Origin: an uncultured delta proteobacterium
GTDB taxonomy: Bacteria > Myxococcota_A > UBA9160 > UBA4427
NCBI GenBank assembly: GCA_963822965.1
Contig: CAWGJT010000016.1
Span: 1-35,680, forward strand
DNA: 35,680 nt
Direction of reading: 5' to 3'
The position numbers were made by a program, and so were the translations under genes. Below, piece after piece: positions 1 to 9,416 of this stretch. Numbering within the stretch: the stretch's first letter is position 1; each line of letters opens with the position of its first letter. The notes beneath the pieces were generated by a model, which saw only the letters and a list, made by a program, of their open reading frames with translations, did no database searches and was not told the origin of the DNA.

Positions 1-1498
1 GGCTGGTGATGATCACGAACCCCTGGCATGGCGCCTTCATCACGCCGGTGGTGGGAGGCGAGAAACGTCTACCGGCCCGTCTGGTTCGCGATGGCGCTTC
101 CGAACTACTGGGCTCGCTCTTTCTGCCCTCGCCGTCGAGATCGTCGTAGCGCGTCGGGCTCGCCGGCCGGCCGTCCGCCGGCAGGCCGTTCTTCCTGATC
201 GCCGCCAGCGGCGTCACCCTCACCGGGAACCTGGGGTACGTGACCGGCCTGGCGCCCGTGAACCTCACCGCGGTTTTTTATTCGGTCTCTATCTTGCTGC
301 TCCTCGTCGGCATGGTCCGGGAGGGGCTCGTCTTCGGGATGCCCGCGGCGATGTCCGCGGTGGTGGCCGATCATCCCGACGGGATCGTGGTGATCGGCGC
401 CGACGGCTACGTGGCCTTCGCGAATCGGCGGGCCCACGAGCTGCTGGCGCCCGCTCCCCTGCACCCTGGGACCGACCCTTCCTCGAGATCCTCCGGAGTC
501 TCCCCGGCTCCAGCCCGGAGCCCAGTCTGCCGACGGGGCCCCGTCGCCGACGGGGAGTGGTGGCGGGTCCTGGGAACGCCGAGCGGCGTGTTCTTCCAGG
601 TCCGCGACGGCAGCGGTCAGCCGGCGACGGCTGCAGGTGGTCGCCAGTCCGATCGGGGACGGCTCGAGGACGGGTCGCCTGCTGCAACTGCACGACGCGA
701 GCGCCCGCCGCCAGGCCGAGCTCGACCTTGCCGAAAAGCAGCGACGGCTCGAGAGCGTCGCGGCGCTGGCTCTCAGCGTGGCCCGCGAGATTTCCAGGGC
801 GCCTTCGCGCGATCGGCCCGTCGTGGCAACGCCGACCTCCTCGAACGAGAGCTGGAAGGCGATCCCGCCGAGCGCCATCTCGCGCGCATCTTCGAGGCGG
901 CGCGCGTGGGCTCCGATCTCTCCCACGAGCTGCAGCTCTACGCCGGCAGCATCCGCTCGGGCTCGCACCACCCTCGACCTGTCCGGGCCGGCCGCCGAGG
1001 CCTGGCACGACGGGATCGAGTCGGAGCTGCTGCCCGGAGTGCGCCTGCTGCGCCGGCTGGCCAACCGGCTGCTGCCCGTCGAGGCGGATCCGATCCAGCT
1101 CCGCGACTGCGTCCTCCAGCTGCTCCAGAACGCCTTGTGGAGGCGACCGCCGAGTTCGGCGGGACGCTCGAGTGGTCGCACGGGGTTCGAATGCGTCGAC
1201 CCGAGCACCTTCGAGACGCTCTGTCCGGGTGGGATACGTAGCCGCCCGGTGACCTCGCCTTCGTCCGGGTCCGCGACGAGGGGGGCGGCATGGACGAGGA
1301 GACGGAAGAGCGCGCCTTCGAGCCCTTCTTCAGCACGCGCCGCAAGGACCGGGGCAGGGCGGGGTATCGGCCGTCTGGCAATTGCGCGCGCCCACGGCGG
1401 CGCTCGCTCGAGCTCCAGAACGGTTCCCCGGCAAGGGCTGCAGCTTCGCCCTCTACCTCCGGCTGAGCCCGGGTGTGCCGACGCCGCCGGCGCGCTGA
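1..1498 (+). CDS. Sensor histidine kinase-like protein (HisKA_7TM, PAS, HisKA-like, HATPase_c); 5' end outside window; multiple frameshifts
   Basis: Pieces in different + frames: LVMITNPWHGAF (7TM-type motif), hydrophobic segments, HPDGIVVIGADGYVAFANRRA (PAS), QRRLESVAALALSVAR, VEADPIQLRDCVLQLLQNA (N box), VRVRDEGGGMDEETEERAFEPFFST (G1/F boxes), IARAHGG, PGKGCSFALYL; stop at 1496-1498. Confidence 0.8.
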
Positions 1499-1533
1499 GC
1501 GCCACGGAATCGGCGACCGGAAGTGAAAGGTGC

Positions 1534-4500
1534 TCAGCCGCCCAACGGGTTGCGCTGGCGGTAGAGCCCGGGGTCGACGATCCCCGCCATGACCTCGGGG
1601 ATCGGCGCCGGGCCGCCCGCAGGGCCGGTGCTGCGGAGGAACTCGGTGACCCTCGCCGCCGTCGCCCCGGGATCGGCCAGGGCCCGCTCGGCGCACAAGC
1701 AGGTCCGCAGGTTCTCGCGCTGCCCCAGCCAGATCTTGACCTGACGCAGCTGGCGGGCGAAGGCTCGCTTCAGCGCGGCTTCGCCCGCCCGGTCCGCCTC
1801 CCCCGCGGCCGGGCGGGTCGCGAGGCGCGAGAGCATCTTGCGCTGGGAGGCCAGGACCTCGTCGAGATCGCGCTCCATGAAGATGACGCGGTAGTCGTGG
1901 TCGCTCGGCAGGGAAGGGAGCAGGGGCGCGACGATCTTGATTGCGCGTCCCGGAGGCCGGCGAGGAAACCTCCCTCGGTGCGGAGCCTCTTCACGGCCTC
2001 GTACTGGTAGTAGCCACGGGGATTGTCGGCGTCCGCGACGCGCTTCGCGTCGCTGGCGATCTCGAGGCCCCCGGCCTCGAGCATCTGCATCATCATCGAG
2101 GTGCCCGAACGCGGCAGGCCCGACACCACGGTGATCGTGCGATCCGGGTCGAGCGCGCGCCCGGCTCGCGACCGGCGCCGGACGCGAACCGGCGAGAGCC
2201 GCCCGCTCGGCCTTCGCCCGCCGGGGCTTCGCGACCGCCTCGCCGTGGTCCGTCTGCGTTCCTAAATGGAGTGCTCTCACCCGCCTGCGGTGGTGCTCGG
2301 CGCGTTCCACGTCGCAGCAGGGGCCAGTATAGAGGCGCACGAGCCGGGCGTGGCTCTCGAGCGAATTGGGGTTCAGGGAGATGGCCGTCCGGAAGGCAGC
2401 CTCGGCGTCACCGTAGCGGCGGCGAACGCGCGAGGAGCCACGCCCAGCACGTCGTGCGCCGAGGGGATAGTGGAAGAGCAGGCCCACCGCCTCCAGCGCT
2501 TCCTCGGCGGCACTCGCGCGGGCGACGCTGGCGGAGCCTCGCACGGGCCATGCCGCGTCTGGACGTCGGGTCTCAGCGGGTCGATCCCGATCGCATACTC
2601 GAAGGCACGAACCGCGCCGCCGCGGCGTCGCAACTCGGAGATACGCCTCGCCGATCTGGATCGGGAGTCCCGGCCTGCGTGGGCTCCGCCTCCTTCGCCT
2701 TCTGCAAGTCCTCGAGCGTTTCCTCCGCCCGCCCCTCGGCGAGACACACCCAGCCGAGCAGGTACTCGAGATCGAACGGGCGAACCTGCGCGAGGCCGCG
2801 GAGGCGCCTCCACTCCGCTCGCCCCGCCTCGTCGAGCAGCTTCGGGTCCAGCGGGGTCGGCTGCGCTTGGTCGCCCGCGCCCGCGTCGCCGGGATCGCTC
2901 GGTCCCTCCGCGGCGTCGCTTCCGCTCGCTTCGGCTTGCTTCGTCCGGGCCCGGGAACGCCATTCGTCGGCGAGCCGCCGAAGACCCTTGCGCGCCTCCA
3001 CCGCATCCTCCTGGCGCTGTCTCGTGATGCGCTCCACCAGGCCCCGCAGCGCCACCGGCTCCTCAAGGGCCCGGAGGCACATCGCGAGCTGGATGCCGTA
3101 GCGATACTCCGAGGGATCCTCGTCGTACAGGTGCTCGAGCAGCTCGCGCGCCTCCACGTAGCGATCGCGTCCATCCAGGCCCGGGCGAGGTTGTATCGTA
3201 GCTCGCGGGCAGTGCGCCGCACGGCGCGCTCGCGATCGGCGCCGAGCTCCTCCACGTAGCCCAGGGCCACGAGCTGGTCGAGCGCTTGGCGCGCCGCGAT
3301 GGGGTCCGTGGCGATCTCGGCCGGATGCCGTGCGGCGTCGCCGGGGACCTCGTCCCAGCTCGGGATCGTCTCGACCGCGGGCGGCTCCTCGAAGGCGTCC
3401 ACAAGGGGCTTGCCTTCCATGTCCTCGCCCACGGGCAACCCGTAGACGGCGAGGATCGTCGGGGTGACGTCGAGCAGCGAGGCGCCGTGCAGGAACGCGT
3501 CCTTGCGAATGCCCGGTCCCGCGATGAGGAAGACCCCGTGGTCCCGGTGCTCGACCGCCGGACCCGCAGGCTCGTGGGGAATCTGGCGCGGGCGCAGATG
3601 GTCCGGGTGGAAGCCGTGGTCGGAGCAGAGCACGATGGTCGCATCGGGTCCGGCCAGCTCCACCAGCGTGCCGAGCATCGCGTCGTGGAAGACGTACGCG
3701 GTGTCCACGACGTGCCGGTAGAGCTCGAAATCCCGCTCGGGAACCCAGCTCTGGCGCGGTGCCCGATAGCGCATGAAGCCGTGGCAGAAGTGATCGATGG
3801 CGTCGTAGTAGATGGCGTGGAAGTCCGCGGCCCGATTGGCGAGGAGCCACGTCGCACAGTTGTGGACCGTCACGCACTCGGCCAGGGTCTTCATGACCGA
3901 AGCCAGTCGACGGTCCGCGTCCTGGTCGACATCCGCCGCCTTCGGCACGAAGGGCAGGATCTCCTCGGGCCCGAGCTCCATCGGGTTGACGCGCAGGGGG
4001 GCCAGGGCCGAGGCCAGCTCGGGCGGATGCACGCTGTGCGGCACCACGGGCCACGGCTCTTCCGGCGGTCCGACGGCGGTGTGGAAGTGGTTGGACACCA
4101 TGGCTCCCCGCAGCGGCTCGACGGGATGGGACGGCCACCAGCCGACGACGTGAGAGGTCATGCCCTGCTGGTTCAGGATGTTCCAGAGCGCCTTCGTCTT
4201 GCGCGAGAGCGCGCTCACCGGCTGCACGGTCCCGCCGTCCGGCGTGGGCTCGGTGAAGCCCAGGATGCCGTGGTCGTAGGGGCGCTTGCCGGTGGCGATG
4301 GAGGTCCACAGCATCGGCGAGAGGACGGGCTTGAGGGTCGCCAGGTTCGCCATGGCGCCGCGCTCCACCAGCCGTTGCAGATGCGGCATGCGGCCGGCGT
4401 CCATCAACGGATGGATCACCTTCCAGTCCGCGGCGTCCCAGCCCACGAGGACGACCCGGGGACGGCCGGGCGAAGGGTTGCCGACGGTGGGGGGCAGGAG
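1534..4500 (-). CDS. Alkaline-phosphatase-superfamily (phosphodiesterase-like) domain, TPR region and C-terminal PAPS-type sulfotransferase domain; several compensating frameshifts; start codon uncertain
   Basis: [34 protein letters not shown] and [10 protein letters not shown] (AlkP/NPP-type). TPR-like helices at 2300-3200 alternate between frames. [16 protein letters not shown] (5'-PSB loop) lies in the 1770..2129 frame, then [17 protein letters not shown] (3'-PB). The reading frame stays open upstream of the GTG at 4446 to at least 4540 with no ATG. Confidence 0.85.
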   Translation of the reverse strand, partial: LLPPTVGNPSPGRPRVVLVGWDAADWKVIHPLMDAGRMPHLQRLVERGAMANLATLKPVLSPMLWTSIATGKRPYDHGILGFTEPTPDGGTVQPVSALSRKTKALWNILNQQGMTSHVVGWWPSHPVEPLRGAMVSNHFHTAVGPPEEPWPVVPHSVHPPELASALAPLRVNPMELGPEEILPFVPKAADVDQDADRRLASVMKTLAECVTVHNCATWLLANRAADFHAIYYDAIDHFCHGFMRYRAPRQSWVPERDFELYRHVVDTAYVFHDAMLGTLVELAGPDATIVLCSDHGFHPDHLRPRQIPHEPAGPAVEHRDHGVFLIAGPGIRKDAFLHGASLLDVTPTILAVYGLPVGEDMEGKPLVDAFEEPPAVETIPSWDEVPGDAARHPAEIATDPIAARQALDQLVALGYVEELGADRERAVRRTARELRYNLARAWMDAIATWRRASCSSTCTTRIPRSIATASSSRCASGPLRSRWRCGAWWSASRDSARRMRWRRARVFGGSPTNGVPGPGRSKPKRAEATPRRDRAIPATRARATKRSRPRWTRSCSTRRGERSGGASAASRRFARSISSTCSAGCVSPRGGRRKRSRTCRRRRRRSPRRPGLPIQIGEAYLRVATPRRRGSCLRVCDRDRPAETRRPDAAWPVRGSASVARASAAEEALEAVGLLFHYPLGARRAGRGSSRVRRRYGDAEAAFRTAISLNPNSLESHARLVRLYTGPCCDVERAEHHRRRVRALHLGTQTDHGEAVAKPRRAKAERAALAGSRPAPVASRARARPGSHDHRGVGPAAFGHLDDDADARGRGPRDRQRREARRGRRQSPWLLPVRGREEAPHRGRFPRRPPGRAIKIVAPLLPSLPSDHDYRVIFMERDLDEVLASQRKMLSRLATRPAAGEADRAGEAALKRAFARQLRQVKIWLGQRENLRTCLCAERALADPGATAARVTEFLRSTGPAGGPAPIPEVMAGIVDPGLYRQRNPLGG

Positions 4501-4507
4501 GCGCGTC

Positions 4508-5344
4508 CTAGGCGATGGGCTCGTCGTGGCCCGTCTGGCTCGAGCGCCGCCGTCGCCACGTGAGCGCCCCGGCGGCCCCGGTGGCGAGCAGGGTGAGCGC
4601 CCCGGTGGACGGCTCCGGAACCGTCTGACCGGCCTGGATGGGCGCGTCCGCCGTGCTCTGGTAGGCCCAGTCGACCACCGTGATGCGATCGGACACGCCC
4701 TCGGGACCGTCCTTCGCCGAAGAGAGATCTTCGAGCTCCAGGCGGATCCAACCGTAGTGGGTCTCGCCGTCGCGCTGGATCTGCACCCCGAGGAAGCCGC
4801 TCCCCGATCCGGGCCAGCTTCCGGGGAATACCGGCGTGTGGTACTCCGAGTAGTAGTTCAGGCGCAACGCGGCCCCCGCGAAGAAGGCCCCGCCGGCAGA
4901 GATCGTCTGGCCGAACGAGAGGCGCCGGGCCTGGAAGGTGCTGTTCTGGAGGATTCCGGCGCCGTTGGGCAGGGCCTGGGCGCGGGCGTTCGCCAGGTTG
5001 GTATAGAAGAAGTAGGTGCCGTACTGCCCGCCGCTGACGCGGGAGTACTGGTACCAGGACACCCCGAGCTCCACGTCGTCGCCGAACGCTCCGTCGAGAT
5101 CGATGAGCGCGCGATCGTAGGTGGGCGCGCCGCCCGGGTTGTTCTGGATCGTGATGTTCTGGACCCCGCTGTAGATGACCGCCGCCTCGGCGCTGCCGGC
5201 GAGTGCGAGCGCGGAGGCCGTGGCCGCCGCATACCGGGTGACCTGACCCCCCGGCCGTGACGACTGGGCTCGGCCGGTGGTGCGTCGGTAGTGGCCGAGG
5301 CGCTCGTCCAGACCCCTGGGGTCGTCTTCCAGAACGGCAGGCAT
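4508..5344 (-). CDS. Tyr-rich PEP-CTERM surface protein with an extended N-terminal leader
   Basis: ATG at 5344 preceded by GGAGGAGA RBS; signal-like YAAATASALALAGSAEA|AVIYSG; FLGVQIQRDGETHYGWIRL...VVDWAYQST..PIQAG; C-terminal VPEPSTGALTLLATGAAGALTWRRRR. Confidence 0.9.
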   Translation of the reverse strand: MPAVLEDDPRGLDERLGHYRRTTGRAQSSRPGGQVTRYAAATASALALAGSAEAAVIYSGVQNITIQNNPGGAPTYDRALIDLDGAFGDDVELGVSWYQYSRVSGGQYGTYFFYTNLANARAQALPNGAGILQNSTFQARRLSFGQTISAGGAFFAGAALRLNYYSEYHTPVFPGSWPGSGSGFLGVQIQRDGETHYGWIRLELEDLSSAKDGPEGVSDRITVVDWAYQSTADAPIQAGQTVPEPSTGALTLLATGAAGALTWRRRRSSQTGHDEPIA

Positions 5345-5625
5345 CGGATCTCCTCCGCGGGCGCTCGGTCGCCATCCTATCATGAAGTAGAAGGCGCCCG
5401 ACCATGAAGCAGAAGGCGCCCGACACCCCGGCGAGTCGCCGGCCCCGACGTTGCGAAGTAGCCGCCTTCGTTCGCGAATTCCGTCCCGGGTGCGAGGCCT
5501 TCGGCGGGGTCTGCCGAGAGGCCCCAGGGGTGTCCCCACCTCCCGCCGCACCGGCGAGCGGCGGGCTTCCAGGGCCGGGCGTGACCGGCCTCAAGGGCCC
5601 CGAGCTGCCAGCCGAAGGGCTGCAG

Positions 5626-6237
5626 GTGGAGACCCGGACGGGACGCATCAAGGGGACGGCCATCGCCGAGGTCGTGAGCGACGTCGAGCGCCTGCTCGAG
5701 CGCGGAGCGATCGCGCGCGACGAGCTGGAGGTGCGCCTCGAGCCGGCGGACCTCGCGCTCCTGGAGGGCAAGATCCAGCCGGCGCTGTGGTACGACAACC
5801 GCTGCCACGCTCGTCTCACCGAGCTGTTGCGGGACGTCGAGGGAGGCGGCCGGTCCGACTACGTGGTGGGTCGCGGTGCCGCGACCGCCGACCGGCTGCT
5901 CGAGAGCGGTCTCTATCAGCAGCTCCAGCTCGCTCGCGGTGAGGACGCGGTCACCGACGATCCCGCGGCCCTGCGCCGCGCGATCCGGCTGCTGCTCTCG
6001 CTCTCCGGGGCGATGTACGACTTCGGCAGCTGGAAGCTGCGCGCCGACGCGGAGGCGTCGAACGAGCTGTGGATCGACGTGTTCGAGGCGGAAGCCCTCA
6101 CGGAGATGAATCGGCTCACCGCCGAGGGCTTCATCCGCCGCATCGCCGAGCGCCTGCAGCGAGACCCGCCGCGGGTGGAGAGCCGGCGCGTCGCGCCGGA
6201 TCACGTCGTCTACTGCATCCGGATGGCGGCGGTCTGA
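5626..6237 (+). CDS. Hypothetical protein resembling the myxobacterial DUF2378/V4R-like family
   Basis: GRIKGTAIAEVV...LEGKIQPALWYD...GRGAATADRLLESGLYQ...SLSGAMYDFGSW pattern; GTG at 5626 chosen as the likely start within ORF 5404..6237. Family assignment is from memory only. Confidence 0.6.
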   Translation: METRTGRIKGTAIAEVVSDVERLLERGAIARDELEVRLEPADLALLEGKIQPALWYDNRCHARLTELLRDVEGGGRSDYVVGRGAATADRLLESGLYQQLQLARGEDAVTDDPAALRRAIRLLLSLSGAMYDFGSWKLRADAEASNELWIDVFEAEALTEMNRLTAEGFIRRIAERLQRDPPRVESRRVAPDHVVYCIRMAAV

Positions 6238-7023
6238 CCCCGGGGAGCGGTCGCCGCCTCGGGTCGGGCGGTCAGGAGGATCGCGTCGCGCTGCGGCTCG
6301 CGCCGCCTCGCCCGCCACGCGACGGCGAGCCCGGCGGCCAGCAGCAGGCCGGATGCCGGGCTCGGGCACCGCCGACACGGCGAAGAGAGCGGAATCCTCG
6401 GCGGCGTCTCCGCTTCCGTCCGAGTACCCGATCGACACGCCGTCGAGCAGCTCGGCGAAATCGACCTGCCCCGCCGAGACGGCCAGGAGCTCGCCGGCCG
6501 CGCCGGCACCGGTCCGCTGAACCAAGTAGGCCAACCGAGCGGACCACTGCGTGGGGAGGTCGAACACGTCGTTCGGCTGCCCGGGAACCGGCTGCGGGTC
6601 TCGAGCGAAGTCGAACTGGAACAGGGTCTCGTCCACCGGCCCCGTCCAGTCCGCCGAGACGGCCTCGACCCCCAGGGCCTGCTCGACGGTCGCGCTCAGG
6701 ATTCCGGGCAGGCGGAGCAGGAGCTGGAGATAGGGGAGGTGGTGGAATTCCTCCCGCTGGAAGAAGCCGGCGCTCTCGTAGGACTCGGAGTAGCCCCCCC
6801 GATAGTTCTGGAACTCCCCTTCGATCACCAGCTCGAAGCGCGCGAGATTCGGATCGGGGTCGTCGAGGTCGACGAGGTCCACGGTCATCGAGCCCGTGAC
6901 GTTGAAGGGATCCGTGGCGAGGGTGATCTGCGGGGGCGTGAACACGATCGGCACTGCCGACGCCGCGAGCGGGAGCACCGCGACCCCGACGACGGTGGCT
7001 ACGAGGATCGCAATCCGGTGCAT
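6210..7023 (-). CDS. PEP-CTERM protein (frameshift near 6358 in the sorting signal)
   Basis: ATG at 7023 with GGGAG RBS; signal peptide MHRIAILVATVVGVAVLPLAASA; acidic body; AVPEP followed in an adjacent frame by ASGLLLAAGLAVAWRARRR. Confidence 0.85.
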
Positions 7024-7142
7024 GTCGATCTCCCGTCGTAGCGCCTTACGACTGTAGCACGGACCGGCGACCGGCCGGAGCTTCGGGCGGTCCGGAACCC
7101 GATCTCGCGAGCTGCTCGGGGCATCGTGGGACACCCGACCGT

Positions 7143-7470
7143 GTGGTCCGACGCGGCACGACCGCGGTGGTGAGCCCGTTCGTGTCGCCACAGCCATTCC
7201 TCTTCGACGTGACCGCGTTCGTCAACGATCGGCTGGCCGCCGACGAGCGCTACGTGGGGTTCCTCGTGAAGGGGCAGCACGAGACCAGCTTCGGTGCTCC
7301 GTTCTACGTCCACAGCGACGCCAAGGAGTTCATCGATTCGACCGACAATCCCGGGAGCGCCGACGCCTATCCCGCGCTGGTCTTCGCGCCGGAGCCGCGC
7401 ACGGCGGTGCTGCTGGGCATCGGCCTGGCCGTCGCGCTTGGGCTCGGACGGTCGCGACGGGCACGCGAGA
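7143..7470 (+). pseudogene. 3' remnant of a PEP-CTERM protein (end of a DNRLRE/CBM96-like domain plus sorting signal); no signal peptide
   Basis: FLFDVTAFVNDRLAADERYVGFLVK...YPALVF-APEPRTAVLLGIGLAVALGLGRSRRAR; only about 120 bp separate it from the divergent start at 7023, leaving no room for the N-terminus. Confidence 0.65.
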
Positions 7471-7695
7471 TCGGGCGTCCTCGGGGCCCGGGGCGGGAGG
7501 TCGCCGGCTCGCGGCTGAGGGGCGACGCTGGGCCCCCGCAGCGGCGCAAGCCGACCCGGGCGCTGGCTTCGAGCGCGGGGGGCCGGGGACGCCGCGAGGC
7601 GGTCGGGTCTGCTATCCACGTCGGGAGAGGTCGAGTCCGTGAGCCCCGATCCGCTCCCGGAGCGCGGCCGCCCCGACCGGATGGAGGAGCGCGCG

Positions 7696-8151
7696 ATGAG
7701 CGACCCGACGATTCCCGACTACCTGCCCGACTGGATCCAGAAGCACCTGCGCCGCTATCTCGAGACCGACGGCGAGGAGGGCCACCTTTGGGACGCCTCG
7801 CTCGGCGGCGGCAGCGGCATGGTGCCCACCTTGATCCTCACCACGAAGGGGCGCAAGTCGGGCAAGCCGCTGATGCTGCCGCTGATCTACGGAGAGGCGG
7901 ACGGCGCCTACGTGGTCATCGCGTCCAAGGGCGGCGCACCCGCGCACCCCGCCTGGTACCTGAATCTCGCCGCGAACCCGGAGGTGCAGGTCCAGGTGAA
8001 GGCGGATCGCTTCCGGGCCCGCGCGAGCACGGTGACCGGTGACGAGCGCGCCCGGCTCTGGGACCTGATGGTGGGCATCTACGCGCCCTACACCGACTAC
8101 CAGAAGGCGACGAAGCGGGAGATCCCGGTCGTGAAGCTCGAGCGCATCTGA
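7696..8151 (+). CDS. Deazaflavin (F420)-dependent nitroreductase family protein (Ddn-like)
   Basis: LILTTKGRKSGKP..PL, YVVIASKGGAPAHPAWYLNLAANPEV, YTDYQKATKREIPVV; GGAGGAG RBS before ATG 7696. Confidence 0.95.
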   Translation: MSDPTIPDYLPDWIQKHLRRYLETDGEEGHLWDASLGGGSGMVPTLILTTKGRKSGKPLMLPLIYGEADGAYVVIASKGGAPAHPAWYLNLAANPEVQVQVKADRFRARASTVTGDERARLWDLMVGIYAPYTDYQKATKREIPVVKLERI

Positions 8152-8311
8152 GAGCCTGTGAAGGAATCCTCTCGGTCGCCAGGGCTTGCGGCGGCGGGCC
8201 GTCTGCGGCGTTGCTCCTCCTCGCCGTAGGCGCGCTACGCCTCGTCGTCGCGCCTTGCATCCGACCCACCGGCGCAGCGCCTGACTCGGTAGAGGATTCC
8301 TTCACGGGCTC
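8152..8311. mobile_element. MITE-like element A (160 bp) with 21-bp TIRs and a TGA target duplication
   Basis: GAGCCTGTGAAGGAATCCTCT (8152-8172) and AGAGGATTCCTTCACGGGCTC (8291-8311) are inverted repeats with 1 mismatch; flanked by TGA at 8149-8151 (the upstream stop codon) and TGA at 8312-8314; no transposase ORF. Confidence 0.8.
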
Positions 8312-8327
8312 TGAGCCGCGCTTCCGC

Positions 8328-9362
8328 TCACGCCTCGCGGCAGAACCGGGCGATGCTGGCCGCGGTCTCGCGGCTGATGTCCGGGCAGGCGATCGCGAAG
8401 ATCTCGGTGCCGTGGATCGTTCCCATGACCTGGCGGCAGCGGGCGGGAACGCCGGCGTGCAGTAGCAGTCGGTAGAACTCGATGCCCTCGTCGCGCAGGG
8501 GGTCGCATTCGTTCACGCTGATGACGGTCGGGACCAGGCCGACGACATCGTCCTCCTTCGCGAAGCTCGGCCAGGCCAGGGGGTTCTGCTTCTCGAAGGC
8601 TTCGATTCCGTAGGCGAGGGCGCCGCGGTTGTCGTGGAGGTCGAGCAGGATTCCGTTGTTCTCGATCGAGGACGGAAAACGATCCTGCGGCCAGCTGCCC
8701 GCGATGTAGGGGCACAGGGCGTACAGTCCGCGAATCAGGCCGAGGTCGCCGTCCTGGTTCAGCTTGAGCCCGGTGGCCAGGGTCAGGTTGCCGCCGCCGC
8801 TCTCGCCGGCGACGACGATGCGCCCGGCGTCGATCCCGAGCCGGGCCGCGTTGGCGTGGACCCACTTCACGCCCGACACGCAGTCGTTCAGGCCGGCCGG
8901 GAAGGGCTCGACCTCCGGGGCCGACGAGGCCACCAGGCAGTTGCGGAAGTCCACCATGGCGACGGCGACCCCCTGCAAGGCGATGATCCGGCCCCAGGCT
9001 TTGTAGAGGCCGTCGAAGCAGGACATCATCTGCATCCCGCCTCCGTGGATGTAGTAGACGCAGGGCAGCGGCCCGTCCGCCTCCGGTCGGATGAGCTGGA
9101 TCTTGATCTTGTTGCCGTCCGGGGACGAGGTGAGCTCGTGGACCGAGACGTCGAGGCCCTTCGAGGGAGCGACGTTCTCGTCGTCGCACATCGCCATGAA
9201 TGCGCTGAGCCCCTCGCGCGCCGCGACGGCCGCCTCGCTGTTGGCTTCCGCGAGCACCTGTTCGCGGCTCGCTGCGTCGCCGAGGCTCTGGGTGGGCATG
9301 GCGCCCATCAGCGCCTTGATGCGCGGGTCGATGCGGGGGTCGTCGTTCAGCTTCGAGCTCAT
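8328..9362 (-). CDS. Alpha/beta hydrolase, HSL-like esterase (Abhydrolase_3)
   Basis: YIHGGG oxyanion motif, AGESGGGNL nucleophile elbow, ECDPLRDEG, C-terminal His (IHG); AAAGGAGA RBS. Confidence 0.95.
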   Translation of the reverse strand: MSSKLNDDPRIDPRIKALMGAMPTQSLGDAASREQVLAEANSEAAVAAREGLSAFMAMCDDENVAPSKGLDVSVHELTSSPDGNKIKIQLIRPEADGPLPCVYYIHGGGMQMMSCFDGLYKAWGRIIALQGVAVAMVDFRNCLVASSAPEVEPFPAGLNDCVSGVKWVHANAARLGIDAGRIVVAGESGGGNLTLATGLKLNQDGDLGLIRGLYALCPYIAGSWPQDRFPSSIENNGILLDLHDNRGALAYGIEAFEKQNPLAWPSFAKEDDVVGLVPTVISVNECDPLRDEGIEFYRLLLHAGVPARCRQVMGTIHGTEIFAIACPDISRETAASIARFCREA

Positions 9363-9416
9363 GTGGGCTTCTCCTTTCGGCTCGGGCGAGCGCGGAGGCT
9401 CGGCGTCGCGGTGAGT

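Noticed and set aside
1..3200. Dense frameshifts suggesting pseudogenes or programmed frameshifting (also near 6358, 12850, 13810, 21720 and 23400-24020)
   Set aside because: Motifs and codon bias are intact on both sides of each shift, the indels are scattered across unrelated genes and no slippery heptamers are evident; long-read error is the simpler explanation.
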